Source of the DNA: Gekko japonicus
Lineage: Eukaryota
Reading direction: 5' to 3'
DNA length: 64,000 nt
Assembly: GCF_001447785.1 (NCBI RefSeq)
Contig: NW_015167069.1
Span: 575,374-639,373, forward strand
Position numbers and translations under genes: made by a program. The notes below the pieces were generated by a model. It saw only the letters and a list, made by a program, of their open reading frames with translations. It was not told the origin of the DNA and did not search any database. Shown here piece by piece: positions 12,602 to 24,524 of this stretch. Within the stretch, counting starts at the first letter, position 1. Every line of letters starts with the position of its first letter.

Positions 12602-14104
12602 GCCACCCATGTTAGTCTGAGATAAATGGTGACAGACAGCATTAAGATTAATTGCTGGACCCAAACTTCCCTTAGAGAGATTAGCTTCCCATCCCATTCT
12701 ACTCCCTCCAACAAAACTCTGTGCAAACTTTCTAGGTATGGTCAATGGAAAGGTCTCTTGAACCTTGTCTAGATTCTCAAAATCTACATAGGATCAATGC
12801 ACAGAGAAAGGCCATGGCTGCATGCCCTAGCCCCAACCACAACACATTGATCAGACCTTGTGGACACTCGTGGCATGGCTGGGAATCTGCACACTGCTGA
12901 TTAGGCATGCTGTGCTCCCATTGGGCATGGGAGACTGCCTCAGAGGCTGCTGCTACATTGTTGAAGCCACTAAAGCAATCTTCCACTTTGTGCTGGAAGG
13001 AGCAGAACATGACTTCTTGTCATTTATGCTAGCCTTCCTTGCATTTAAGAGGATCATGAAAGAATGACACTGTGCTTCCTCTTTTGGTGTATGGATGCAT
13101 TCTGGAAAGAGGCAGTGTGCTGAGTACTGGAGGATATCCTGCACATGCACACCTGAATGTACACAGGATCCTGTATGTGCAAAGTGGAATCATGGAAAAT
13201 GTACCATGTACATAAAATTTGGTCAATGTGTGAAGGTTTGCCCTCCCCGTTCTCTTGTCATGCACTTCTTGAATATTCAACAATTGCACAGTACTCATGA
13301 AACAGGCTCTGAGATCTTGTTTATGAGAGAAACCTCACACAGCCCCAAAGTCCAGGTTTGAAGATCCCCAAGTCAAGAACTTTTGCTCTATACTCTTACA
13401 AAAGTGTTATTTCCCTAATGGCCTGTCTGTTCTCCAATTAGCAAACAAGAAACACATTGCCAAGATATATTGGAAGCACAGGCATCTCTGAGAAGCATGT
13501 CTTAGAAACTGAGTTTTATTTTTCCTCCTCTAGGATTCACCTGAATTTCTCATTTCTTTGAGTACACATGACATTTACCAGTATCAGATTTTTAATTGGG
13601 GGACTGTTTGTAGGTACGTGTATGCAAGTGAGATGAAAAGTGAGAGAGGGCGGGAGGGAGAACAGGAGGAGAAGCACATTATCAGTCCCACCAGGAAATG
13701 AGACTTCCTTTTCCATATCTCTAAAGGAAAAGACAATGGCTATAATTTTACTTCTTCCTGATTTTCTAATGCAGTGGAAGAAAAAGAGTTATCATTCAGA
13801 GTCCCATATGCAGACAGTCTTCCTCCCTGGGCTCATTTGTCGTTTTTTGCAGCAGTGACTGTGGTTTTTGCCTTTCTTTCCTGCAACCAGACACAGCCTG
13901 TCTCCTCATTATTTCAAACCAAATGGAAAGCCTCTTGATTCAGAAAGCAGCTTGCATTCTCCAAACACTTCCAGAGGGTGATCAAAGCCCATGTTTGTTG
14001 TATTGGCAAGACAATTCTTGAGCAATTCCCACGCTTTTGGATTTCTCAGCTCTCACCAAGGCTCCCTTAAAAATACAGAGGCGTTTAAAAACCTTGAGGA
14101 TTTT

Positions 14105-14508
14105 TTACCCTGTTCTTCTTCCAGTGAGCTCAGGGCAGCATACGTGGTTCTCTCCCCTCCCCTTTTCATTTTATTATCCAAACAGCCCTCTGAGCTACGT
14201 TGGGTTGAGAGACAATGACTGGCCTAAGGTCACCTGATAAGTTTCATGGCAAGCAAGGATTTCAGCCTGGGTCTCCCAGGTCCTAGTCCAGTACTCTGAT
14301 TACAACACCATACTGGTATAGTCTGAGCATAGCTCTCTATCAATTACTTTTCTATCTGCCCTTCCAGGGAACTCAGAGACATATACATGGTTCTCTCTTC
14401 TTCTAGTTTATCCTCACAAAAACCCAGTTAGTTAGGTCAGGCTGAAATAGAATGATTGACCCAAGGTCACCCAATGAGTTTCATGGCTGAGTGAGAATTA
14501 GATCCTGG
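14105..14508 (-). mobile_element. Two adjacent old MIR/Squam3-like CORE SINEs
   Basis: The (CC)AAGGTCACC CORE motif occurs twice; similar copies near 27480-27670, 29095-29290, 31940-32340, 32570-32755, 44150-44380 and 61540-61680. Confidence 0.7.
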
Positions 14509-14524
14509 TAAGGGTGAGACTAAG

Positions 14525-14681
14525 TTTTGAAAGGTCACTGGTTCAGTTCAGATATCCTCATTTCAACCGATATGAGAGATAAGCTCATTTGTGTGGCATG
14601 AATTTTGAAAGGTCACTGGTTCAGATATCCTCATTTCAACCGAGTTTCTCCCATATGAGAGATAAGCTCATTTGTGTGGCA
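14525..14681 (+). repeat. Tandem duplication of a ~78-bp unit
   Basis: TTTTGAAAGGTCACTGGTTCAG...CATTTGTGTGGCAT occurs twice with small indels. Confidence 0.9.
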
Positions 14682-15457
14682 TCTATTCTTCCCCCCTGCT
14701 GAATTTTTCCTATTAAAATTAATGCTTTTTTGACATTATTTTGATTACCTATAAATGTCAAATAAGGAAAAGAAAGGCAACCATGAATATGGCTGTTTTG
14801 GCTCACTAGAGCCTGGGTTTTCCCAGTCCGTATTCCAACAAGTCCAACATTTCCCACCTGTATTCCAAGAATTGTATCACACTAGCTTGGTATCACCCAA
14901 TATCAAGTTTGGAGATTCTCTGTTCACACAGCAGTATGCAGTCCCTAAACCTCGAGAGGAACTTCTAGACTCTGTGTGAAGTGGAAAATGGGATCTTTAA
15001 TGCTTGTGACTGCGTCTGCGATCAGGTGTAGAAAAATGTAAGATTGTGGACATATTGGTTGCTTCTGCTCAGATAGGGTTGAGCTCTTGGGCTTGGGCAC
15101 AAGTGCACTAGAGCAGAAGCAGGCCAGAGGCTGCAATAAGTGAACATAGGATCCAGAAGGGATGGCATAAATGGGGAAAGGGGGAGAATGCACCTGTGTC
15201 CGGGGGCGAAGTTCCCACCCAGTCCCACTCCCCCACTCACAAACCCTAAAGGGAGCCAGGCAGTTGTTGAAAGAAAAAGCAGTAAGTGTCTCGCAGCTTG
15301 GGGAGGCCTTGCCATCATCTCCCAGGCTTGCAGCTGAATTACAAGAGGGACTATCCCCAGGGGAGGAGAGGCCAGTCTTAGTGACAGAGAAATGATGAAT
15401 GGGAGCTTGGGCAGCGAGGGGAGAGTGGAAACAGGTGTGTCAGCCTTACCCCACGCT

Positions 15458-15788
15458 CAGAGGTCATTTCGGGGGGGAACGCAGTTCCCCCGGGTGAGGT
15501 GCAGGGGGCGGGGCACATGACGAAGCCCCGCCCCCTGCTTCCGGCCACCCCGCTTCCAGCCCTCATTCAGCCAAGAGGAGGCAGGAGAAGAGGGAGGGTA
15601 AGTTGCTTCCTCCCCGCCTCTCCCCACCCCTGCCTGCCTGGGGCCAGGGAGGGCCTTGGCAGGGCTTCCTCGCACTCCCGCTGGCCTTGCAGGTCCACCG
15701 CCGGGCCCCTGATGTCAGGGGGTGTGGCATATGCTAATGAGTTATGCTAATGAGTTCCCCTAGTTCTTTTTCTATGAAATGACCCCTG
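15458..15788. mobile_element. hAT MITE (CAGGGGTCATTTC TIR) with ATGCTAATGAG motifs
   Basis: TIRs plus 8-bp TSD CCCACGCT/CCCATGCT; same family as 54002-54211. Confidence 0.9.
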
Positions 15789-16734
15789 CCCATGCTGAAA
15801 GTAAGGATAGGGGGTGGGTTCAAGGAGGGAGTGATAGCAGCCCATTGGGAGCAAGAGTTGGCTGTCAGCCAGATCCTTATGGGGGAGGAGAGGGATTGGA
15901 TGGCTTGGTGGGGCCTCACCCCCAAAGGAGAAGACTTAATTAGGGAACTCAAGGTTGGCTGGGGAGGAAGGGCACAGGAGAAACATGGAGGGCTAGAGAG
16001 TGCAATAGGGAACCTGTGAGCAGGAGAGAGGGATTCCGGGGTCTGCCAACCCCCCTCCTGCTGCATCATCTGAGGCCACTGTCAAGCTCCCTAGCAAAGA
16101 AGTCACGCCCTAGAGGACTCTGCTTCACCCAGCTGGCACCCTGCGGACTCAGGGCCCAACAACCAGTATCCATGTTCTCTTAGGAATCTTGGCAATGATT
16201 TATGCATGGCTTTGGGGGGGGCTGATGACTCAAAGATACACTGCTATAGACTTCAGCAATGTGCATGACATAATGTCTGGGGAATGGAAGGCTAGGGATG
16301 ATTCCCTATGGATAAAAGCTTTCAGAGCTGCAAATAATCTGTGCATGTACAAAGACATTGTCAGTCCAAACTGATCACCAGCCAACAGCACCAGTCAGTA
16401 CTGTTTAGACAAATGATAAGGGTAGGCTTTTATTGGAATACAGCATTTCCTTATGACTGATTTATGTTTTTTGTGAGTGATCTAATTGTCTATTTAAACA
16501 ATTGCTGCTGGAGTGGAGCAGTTACAAGTAAGGATAGAAGAGTAATAGAATTCAGCTGGGCTGTGCAAAAAGCAAGTTGTGTTGTATTGCATGGTTAGTA
16601 AGGAATGCAGTACAACCATCTGCCGAACAGGAGGCTGAAGTTGGTTCCTTTTTCCCAGTTGCTTATTCATTCCTTATTCGCGTTTTATTCATGAATTCAT
16701 CCAAAACCACAGAGGAGAGTTTGAAAGCTCTGCA

Positions 16735-17851
16735 CACCAAAATAAGATTTGGACCCCCCAAACTTCATACACCCCCATGTTCAGCGAACTCTCCCCTTTG
16801 AGGGGACATATGCTGTGTCCTGGTTCCAAAGTGTGGTTCTTGTGCCAGCTGCTCCAAAGTTAGGTGCCCCCAGGACAATCACACAGGCAGATACTGGGGC
16901 CAAGCTGTACTCCAAACTAATCTTTGGACCACCCCAAAGGACTCATCCCCACACTCCATATCGTGCACACAGCACATGTCCCCTGCAAGATGACATACAG
17001 TGATGCCCAGTCCAAACACTGGTTCCGGAGCCACAGGCTTCCATTTCAGGTGCAAAAGATCTCAAATAAGGAACTGGTTTGAATTCAAATAAGATTTGAA
17101 TAAGGAACTGGTTTGACTGTTTGCCCCTACATCCCAGAATAAGGTTTGGACCACCACATGTCATACACCTCCATGTTCAGTGAACTATCCACTTCAAGGG
17201 GGCATGTGCTGTGTGCACGATATGGAGACTGTCCCCTGCAAGGTGACATACAGTGATACCCGGTCCAAACACTGGTTCTGATGCCATGACCTTCTATCTG
17301 GAGTGCCTCATGGAGGCCTGTATTAGAAAGAAGATTTGAATAAGGAAGTACCCCATACACCCAAAATAAAGACTGGATTGCCATATGTCATACACTTCCA
17401 TGTTCAGTGGACTCTCCCCTTTGAGGGAACATATGCCATGTATTGGTCCAAAGTGCGTTTTTTATGTCAGCTACTCCAAAGTGTGGTGCCCTAGGAAAAT
17501 CACACAGGCAGACACTGGGGCCAAGCTGCACCCCAAAACAATCTTTGAACCATCCCAACTGACACATCCCCAAACTCTGGAGACTGCCCCTAAAGGATGA
17601 CATATAGTGATGCCCGGTCCAAACACTGGTTCCGACGCCATGACCTTCTATTTGGAGTCCCTCACAGAGTCCTGTATTACAAAGAAGATTTGAATAAGGA
17701 AGTGTCCCCTGTACCCAAAATAAAGATTGGACCACCACATCTCATACACTCCCATGTTCAGAGGACTCTCCCTTTCGAGGCAACAAATGCCGTGTACTGG
17801 TCCAAAGCGTGGTTCTTGTTCCAGCTTCTCCAAAGTGTGGTGCCCCTAGGA
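16735..17851 (+). repeat. Satellite-like array of ~177-bp A/B monomers (~355-bp dimer)
   Basis: A monomers start near 16741, 17138, 17364 and 17719; B monomers near 16918 and 17540; an inverted partial copy lies at ~19337-19420. Confidence 0.85.
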
Positions 17852-18540
17852 CAGTGGTGGCGAACCTATGGCATGCGTGCTAGAGGGGGCACTCAGAGCC
17901 CTCTCTTGCGCCATTACCTCAGCTCCTCGACTCACCCAGTTTCTTGAAGGCATGGTGCACTGAAAATTTGCCGAGCCCCCTGGCGCTGGGCTAGGCGCAC
18001 ACCGGCCAGGATGTCTGCTGCTGCTGCTGCTGGTGCTGCTGCTGGGGGGGGGGCCCAGGCAGGACTGCTTCTTCCTCTTCCCACAAATCATGGCTGTGCT
18101 GCTGGCTGGCTGGGTCCTGATCTGGTGTCAGGCTGCCCCTTCCTGCTCTCTTGCTGGGGCACCTCTGCCTCTCTGCCGCGCCCGGGCCACCGCGCAAAAA
18201 TTGAAGAGAGGCGGCTGCGGGCAGGCAGGTGAGGAGGCGTTCACATTTCAGCGATGCAGGCCAGAGCCACTCTGACTTTTTCCTGTCCTCACCAAACAGG
18301 AGGAGGAGGAGACGGCCAAAGGAGAGCACCACGCGGGCGGGGAGAGGAGGAGGAGGAGCAAGCAGGCGGCTGGCCTCGGCCCCGCATGCCTCTCCAAGCA
18401 CATGCAGAGTGAGGGGCCACAAAAGCAGCCTGGATGGTAGTCCCACAAAGTCAGCTTCCCAACCAACAGATGCTCGGGTGGTTTTGGAGCCTGGCCAGAG
18501 GAGCCAAGGAGGGGCCTGGGAGGAGAGGTGCTTAGTGGTC
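17852..18540 (+). mobile_element. hAT element left end plus GC-rich body (right end missing)
   Basis: CAGTGGTGGCGAACCTATGGCA terminus preceded by CCCTAGGA (hAT-Charlie-like target). Confidence 0.65.
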
Positions 18541-18734
18541 CCAGGCAAGGGAGATCAAACCGCCTTGAGAAAATGGCTGCTTTGGAAGGTGGGCTCTATG
18601 GCATTATCCCCTGCAGAGGTCTCGCTCCCTCCCCAAACCCTGCCCTCCTCTGCTCAAACCCACCCACCCCCCAATTTGCAGCCTGGAGCTGGCAGTCCAA
18701 ATGCCTGTGTATCATTCACCCATCTTCATATTTT

Positions 18735-18918
18735 GCTTTCACTGCAAAAAGTTCTAGAAGATTGTTGAGGTGGGACTTCCCTTTGCAGAAGCCCTTTGGA
18801 TGCTTTTCCAGCAAGGTTCATTCTTCTACACATCTAATTTTGACAATGCTTTCCATCAATTTACCTGGCATAGAATTTAGTACAATAGGTCCAGAATTTC
18901 CTGGATCCTCTCTGCCCC
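18735..18918 (-). mobile_element. CR1 RT fragment
   Basis: Minus-strand remnants of the EDPGN..P..L...PGKLMESIVK and GFCKGKS.LNNLLE motifs. Confidence 0.75.
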
Positions 18919-19335
18919 TATTCAATCAATATGCAGAACATGTCATAAGGAAAGCTGGATTAGATGAAGATGAAGTGAAAATTGGCGGAAGGAACATTAA
19001 CAATTTTGAGATAAGCAGATGACCACACATTACTAGCAGAAAATAGTGAAGACTTGAAACGACTATTGATGAAGGTTAAAGCAGAAAAGTGCCAAAGCAG
19101 GATTATAGCTGAACATCAAGATGACAAAAGTAAGGACTACCGGGGAATTATACAACTTTAAGACTGACAATAAAGAGACTGAAATTGTTCAAGGTTTTCT
19201 GTTCCTTGGCTCCATCGTCAACCGAAAGGAAGATGACAGCCACGAATTCATCCAGAAGGAGAATGAGACTGTGGAGGGCATCCATGAAGGAGCTAGAAAA
19301 TATCCTTAAGTGTCAGGATTTGTTGCTGGCAATGA
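18919..19335 (+). mobile_element. RTE-clade (BovB-related) LINE RT fragment
   Basis: LFNQYAEHVIRKAGLDEDEVKIGGRNINN..ADD..LLAENSEDLKRLLMKVKAE, frameshifted. Confidence 0.9.
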
Positions 19336-21756
19336 GAGTCCAAACCTTATTCCAGGATGCAGTGGGCAAAGAGTCAAACCAGTTCCTTATTCAAATCCTT
19401 TTTTAAAAAATACAGGTTTCTTGGAATAAGGAACCAACTTCAGCCTCATCTGCCGAACACCAATGAATGAACAGATCAACAGACTAAACTATCACACCAG
19501 TCATCGAACAATCAGGTCTCTGTTTGCAAACAGTGAACAGGATGTGAGCCATACCAGTTGGTGCTTGATCATGGTGCTTGACACTGCAGATCAGCAAGCT
19601 CCTTTCCCCTCCCTTTCCCCTTCCCAGCTGAACTGCAATGTAAAGATACACTGTGGCTTAGCTGAAAATGGGAGGAGGCCGTTTAGTGAACTGGAAAGGG
19701 TGTGTGTGTGTGCATATTCTGTATACATGAATGCCTCATGCACAACACTCTGCAGTTCCTCCTTTGAGTCAAAATAAAATGAGGTTTCCCTTTCATGTGA
19801 CTTAAAGGGAACGCCCCAGGAGGCCCGTACAATGAGCATTACATCACATAGAAGACCCCTTTAAATGCAGGAACATGATGGCACCTGGTATTTTTGGCCA
19901 CTGTGTGACAGAGTGTTGGACTGGATGTGCCATTGGACTGATCCAACATTGGCTTCTCTTATGTTCTTATCTCCACTTGGAGGAAAAAATGTGGAAGCAT
20001 CTTGGGTGGCCTTTGGGTGGATGGTTGAATGGTCCCCAATTTCATTTCTTTTTTCTGTTTGTTATATTTTTGGCCCCCATTTTGGTTCTCAGGTTTTTAT
20101 TACTGGTTCTGTAGACTTGTGTGCACTGTGCGCAATAGTTTTATATAGCATTGAAACATACAGTGTGCATCCTGGACATATATAGGCAGAATGGTTTTTA
20201 GTGGCACAAAAATAACACTGAAAAATGCATGTCTTGCAGGGAAAATTCAATGCAACGAAACAGGAAATGGTGTGAAGTGAAAGAGTCACTGGATTAATGT
20301 GTATGAGGGAAAAGCAACAACTGAAACATGGATGGATAAGTCAAAATAACAGATGTGAGCAATTTAAAAGCATTCTTAAATGAGATAAACCACCGTGTGG
20401 AATATGAGAACAATACTACTGGCCTACCTTGTAGAGATGGTGTTAGGATTACAAAAAAAAAAAAGATAACGTGCATGTGCTTTAAACACTTGAAAGCATT
20501 ATGCAAATGCTCATTATAAAATAAATAGCGAATGAACCCCCATATGTGCTATGTTTTGCTATAAAGATTATTTTGAAACTAAATTTGCAGATTAATTAAG
20601 GATGTGTGTGCGTGTGTTCAAGCCTACCACATGTTTTGTAGAAAAACTTCTGGTCTCAAAGGGAAACTGGGCTCCACATACAGCACCTCAGGGGGGTAGA
20701 GTTGGCATTCATATGTAGAATGCAAGGGTGTTAATTGGTTTGACTTGGCTTTTTCAGTGTGAATTTTTTGGAAAAAAAATCATTCCATATGCTAATTAAA
20801 AGTGTGTCTTTGCCTATTAAGCCCTAGAGAAGACATTTGTTTTTTTTCCTCCTTTTAAGATTCTTTCAATAGAAAGAGAAGTCTTTCAACTGCATGCGCA
20901 TATCTTTGAATCCAAAGGAAATCTCTGAGGAAACATCTTCCCTCTGTGCAAATCTCAAAGAAAAGTAGTGATTTGTTGTTGTTGTTTTTAAGAAACTGAA
21001 TTCATTATTATCTTTAAAAATATAATTGCATTCATTTTATTTATTAAAAAGTCTCATTTTTTAAAAAAATAGAGGTTTCTCTAAAAATAGAGAAGCAGGC
21101 AAGTATGTTTCAGTTTCTAAATGAAAGGATGGATCGTATCTTTGATGGTAGTGAAATGTTTGGTGCTGCAGTTCATTTGGATACAACTGTCTTGCAGTGG
21201 ATCTGCAGGAAACGGGGGGGGGACAATATGAGCAATATTCAAGCAAGTAATCCTGTAAAATGAAGCTGAAACATAACCATCACCATTACAGGTGATTGCA
21301 AAGATTTAGTGGTGGATTTGGCACTGGCATAAAATTAATGTCCCCACATACAGGGTTGGATCCAACCTTCTGTTATTGCGGGTGAAAAAGGAAGGACCAC
21401 TTTGACCACTCAAAAAGACTATGCTGAGAATCATGGTGCCTCCATGTACAAAAACCATGCAGGATGGGAGCTATAGTAAGGAGGGGAATTAAGTGAGATC
21501 AATTGTAAAATTTGACTGGTTCCAGCCCATAGTGCTGAACCTCAGCTTTGTGATTGCTTACCCTGATACCAAGCACAAAATGTACATGTATAGTATTTTT
21601 GGTACATGAAGTGCCCTGTTCATATCAACAGAGACCCATTCCATGCCTATACAGAGCTGCCAAACAGAGAGGTACTAGAAGGACAAAATTCCAGGGCCTG
21701 TTGATTGGGCAAGTCCTGTGTTTTGCTTCCATATAATATTTAAGATAGGTCTAGGG

Positions 21757-21971
21757 AACAAGCTGTGGTGGCTCAAGTGGTTAAGACGCTGAACTGCAAA
21801 CTGGAAGGTTGGTAGTTCAGCAGTTCGAGACCCGAGTGCCGCATGATGGAGTGAGCTCCCGTCTTTGGTCCCAGCTCGTGCCAACCTAGTAGTTCAAAAG
21901 CAAGAAATTGCAAGTAGATAAATAGGTACCACTTCGGTGGGAAAGTAGCAGCATTCCGTGCACCTTGGCGT
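21757..21971 (+). mobile_element. Sauria SINE, 3'-truncated
   Basis: Matches the reverse complement of the right part of 7016-7357. Confidence 0.85.
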
Positions 21972-21974
21972 CTA

Positions 21975-22090
21975 CAGATATCTGAAGAAGTGAGCAGTGA
22001 CTCATGAACAAATTTTGTTAGTCTCTACGGTGCTACTGGACTCTTACTTTTTTCTGTTGCTACAGACAGACTATCACAGCTACCCATCTT
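21975..22090 (+). mobile_element. Penelope-like element terminal fragment with a degenerate hammerhead core
   Basis: CTGAAGAAGTGAG..CTCATGAA...TTTGTTAGTCT..GGTGCTACTGGACTC motif; a second copy lies at 60340-60455. Confidence 0.7.
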
Positions 22091-24524
22091 CATCTATCAT
22101 ACTAGGTAGATAGCTTCTATAGGGAAGGGAAAGGAAATTAAACCAACAATGGGTTTGGAAAGACCCTCAAGCTATAAACATGAAAAATATTTGAGTTATT
22201 TAGTGTAGGAGCCTCATTTGTTTCAGTGTTTATACTGTCACATTTTGGAAAACTGTAACAGTCCCACAATGTGGATTTGTTCTTGGAGATTAACACTTCC
22301 AACAAAACGCTTGGAGTTCAGCCTCAAAAAAGGATATCAAGGACTATGTCCTAAATAAACTCTTCTGCCTTCACTCACAGTCTCTGTCTCTCTTTTTTTA
22401 TGGAAGGAAACCAGCCAGTCTGAGTAAACACTGGTCTGCAGACAACACTAAGACCCCTGTGGCCATTTTTCTGGAGATGGCCAATCTGACTTGTCAGTTC
22501 CTATTACAATGGAAGGGCCTTGACTCTGACTCAACATGAGAATGTCATCTAACTTTTATAGATACAGACAGAGTTTGTTTTGATTAGACTGCCCATATGT
22601 TCAATTGGATCACTAAATGGCACACTAACACATTTGGCTACTCATGGAGATCATGGACCAGAAGGGGCTACATTGTATTTTCAACATCCTCATCTCATCT
22701 CTCAGGAGCTAGACAGATGTCTGTTCTGTGCTCATCTTTCATGAGACATGGAAGAAAAACCACACGAATGTGACCTGTGGATACATGGCATCCACCCATG
22801 CCTCATTTCTTTAGTAAACAAAAGCGTTTGCAAGAGGAGGAAAAATGAATCCCAGCCAAGGCAGCATCTTTTCTCTATTTGCATCAGTAGAAGCCAGTTT
22901 TTCATGGGGGACAACAATCAAAACACAGGCCAGTATATCAAATTGGACAAACACAAGCTCATATTATAGTTTAACATGGAAAAGAAGCCTTGCAATTTCT
23001 CCTCTTTTTCTGTATAGCCATGAATATGAGGATACTACAGAAAATAAAGGCAATTTGTGATAGGCAGCAAAGGCAGCCATTTCACTCATGGAAAGTACAT
23101 TTTCACTCTAGTGTTGATTTGCCAAAAATAGATAAATAAATACATTTGGGAGATTTGATCTATAGAAAGTTCGGAGTGCATTAGCTCCATTTTATAGGAG
23201 TTACACCCATGTGACACAGTGTCTCCGTCCTGAGACAGCCTCCGATTGCCACAACGTGTGGATTTGTGTTAATAATTTGGTTGGCTCTGAATGTTGCCAC
23301 CATTGTTGTACTTGTGAGACTTCATCGGTTGGCCACTTGAAAATCTGTTTTAGTAGAGGGTGAGTGTGCAAATGGCAAAAAAGGTCCATCTGCCTCCTTT
23401 TACATGGATACATTGCAATAATTCTTTATTCGGGTCTCTGTTCATGATGTTCCCGGTCAGACCTCAGTAATATGCTTTGTACAAGGGGAGGCATTCCTAT
23501 TCTCCCACCAGCTAGATCTTTGCACAGCTGAGTACATGCACAGTGGATCTGAATGGGTGTGTTCTACCAATTAGCACAAACACATTTATGGGACACAGCT
23601 ACAGAACATGGGGTGTTGGTCTGCTTTTTTCTTCCTGTGGGGGCATCTCCTTTTTCAGACAAAGGACTTTGTGGGAACATTGTACTAAGATCTGCCAAAG
23701 TGCTGTAACTATTGCTTTTCTTGGAGCTTAATCCAGTTTAAGGTTTGGATCCCCTTGAATTTTGATAGGAAAACATTAAGCACACATTTAAACCTCTGCC
23801 ATCAAAATAAATGGGACTCCCAAGTGCTTAATTTTGGCTGGATCCTGTTAATTAGATCTTAAATTTTGCGGTTGCCTGTTCATTTAGGGTGTGCTTGTGG
23901 TGGACAAGTAGATACATTGCAATCTGCAACAAATATCTAGCACTGTATGATCATCGCATATGTGTGTTAATCTCAACTTTCCTCACCTCAAGATTGTTGC
24001 AGGGAATATGTATAAAGATGTGACCCAAAGTTGGATGACTTATTGTATGAGTCTTTTGAAACCATCACAATTCTTGAGCACGGTTCCTTACTTTCCCAGA
24101 TTCTCCTGGAATTATTCATTTATGTGTTTAACAGAAAAAATCCTGAGGGGGGGTGGAATTGGAATAGGGAGCCAACTGACCACAATGCTGGCACAGCTTG
24201 GATAGACACCAGTGTAAGGGGCATTTATGCTGGCGGAGGGCATGAGCAGCACTGTGCGGTGCACTTGCACTGGCACAGCTGTCCTGCAGTCACATGCTGG
24301 CAGAGCGATGGCACAAACCTCACTATTAGTAGCCTGTCCAGACTATGATGCTAGCTGATTATGGGTTAATGTTGGGAGCTGCTAATGCCTGCCACCGGTT
24401 ACAAATTTGTGCTAGCACTTTATGCTATTTTTTATAATCATTTTGTTGTGGTTTTATTGAATGTTGTGTTTCAGTTGTTCAATGTATTTTATGTAAGCTG
24501 CCCTGAGCCTGCCTTCCAGGGCGT

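Larger units (their letters stand above)
16630..19447. mobile_element. Foldback/MULE-like TIR element with satellite arms and internal cargo
   Basis: ~28-bp TIR GAGGCTGAAGTTGGTTCCTTWTTCCMAG (2 mismatches); 12-bp TSD ATCTGCCGAACA at 16618-16629 and 19448-19459. Confidence 0.75.

Noticed and set aside
11647-12745. Overlapping long ORFs (up to 278 aa) and a CpG-island-like patch
   Set aside because: They lie in a GC-rich MITE; several frames are open on both strands, with low-complexity Pro/Arg/Gly translation and no domain.
12780-13060. Possible Myb/SANT-like (Harbinger ORF2) relic, STKWK motif
   Set aside because: A single short motif is too weak to call.
15005-16160. Purine-rich LTR-like segment (also 2765-3060)
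   Set aside because: No matching TG..CA ends with a TSD could be established.
16735-17851. CRISPR-like repeat-spacer appearance
   Set aside because: The intervening sequences are themselves homologous, the units are ~177 bp, the context is eukaryotic and there are no cas genes.
17991-18768. 179-185-aa ORFs with Q/S/G runs
   Set aside because: GC-rich body of a non-autonomous hAT element; no recognisable protein motifs.
21105-21263. 52-codon ATG ORF and a GTGAAATGTTT match to the start of miR-203
   Set aside because: No homology recognised; the miRNA match stops after 11 nt and I see no supporting hairpin.
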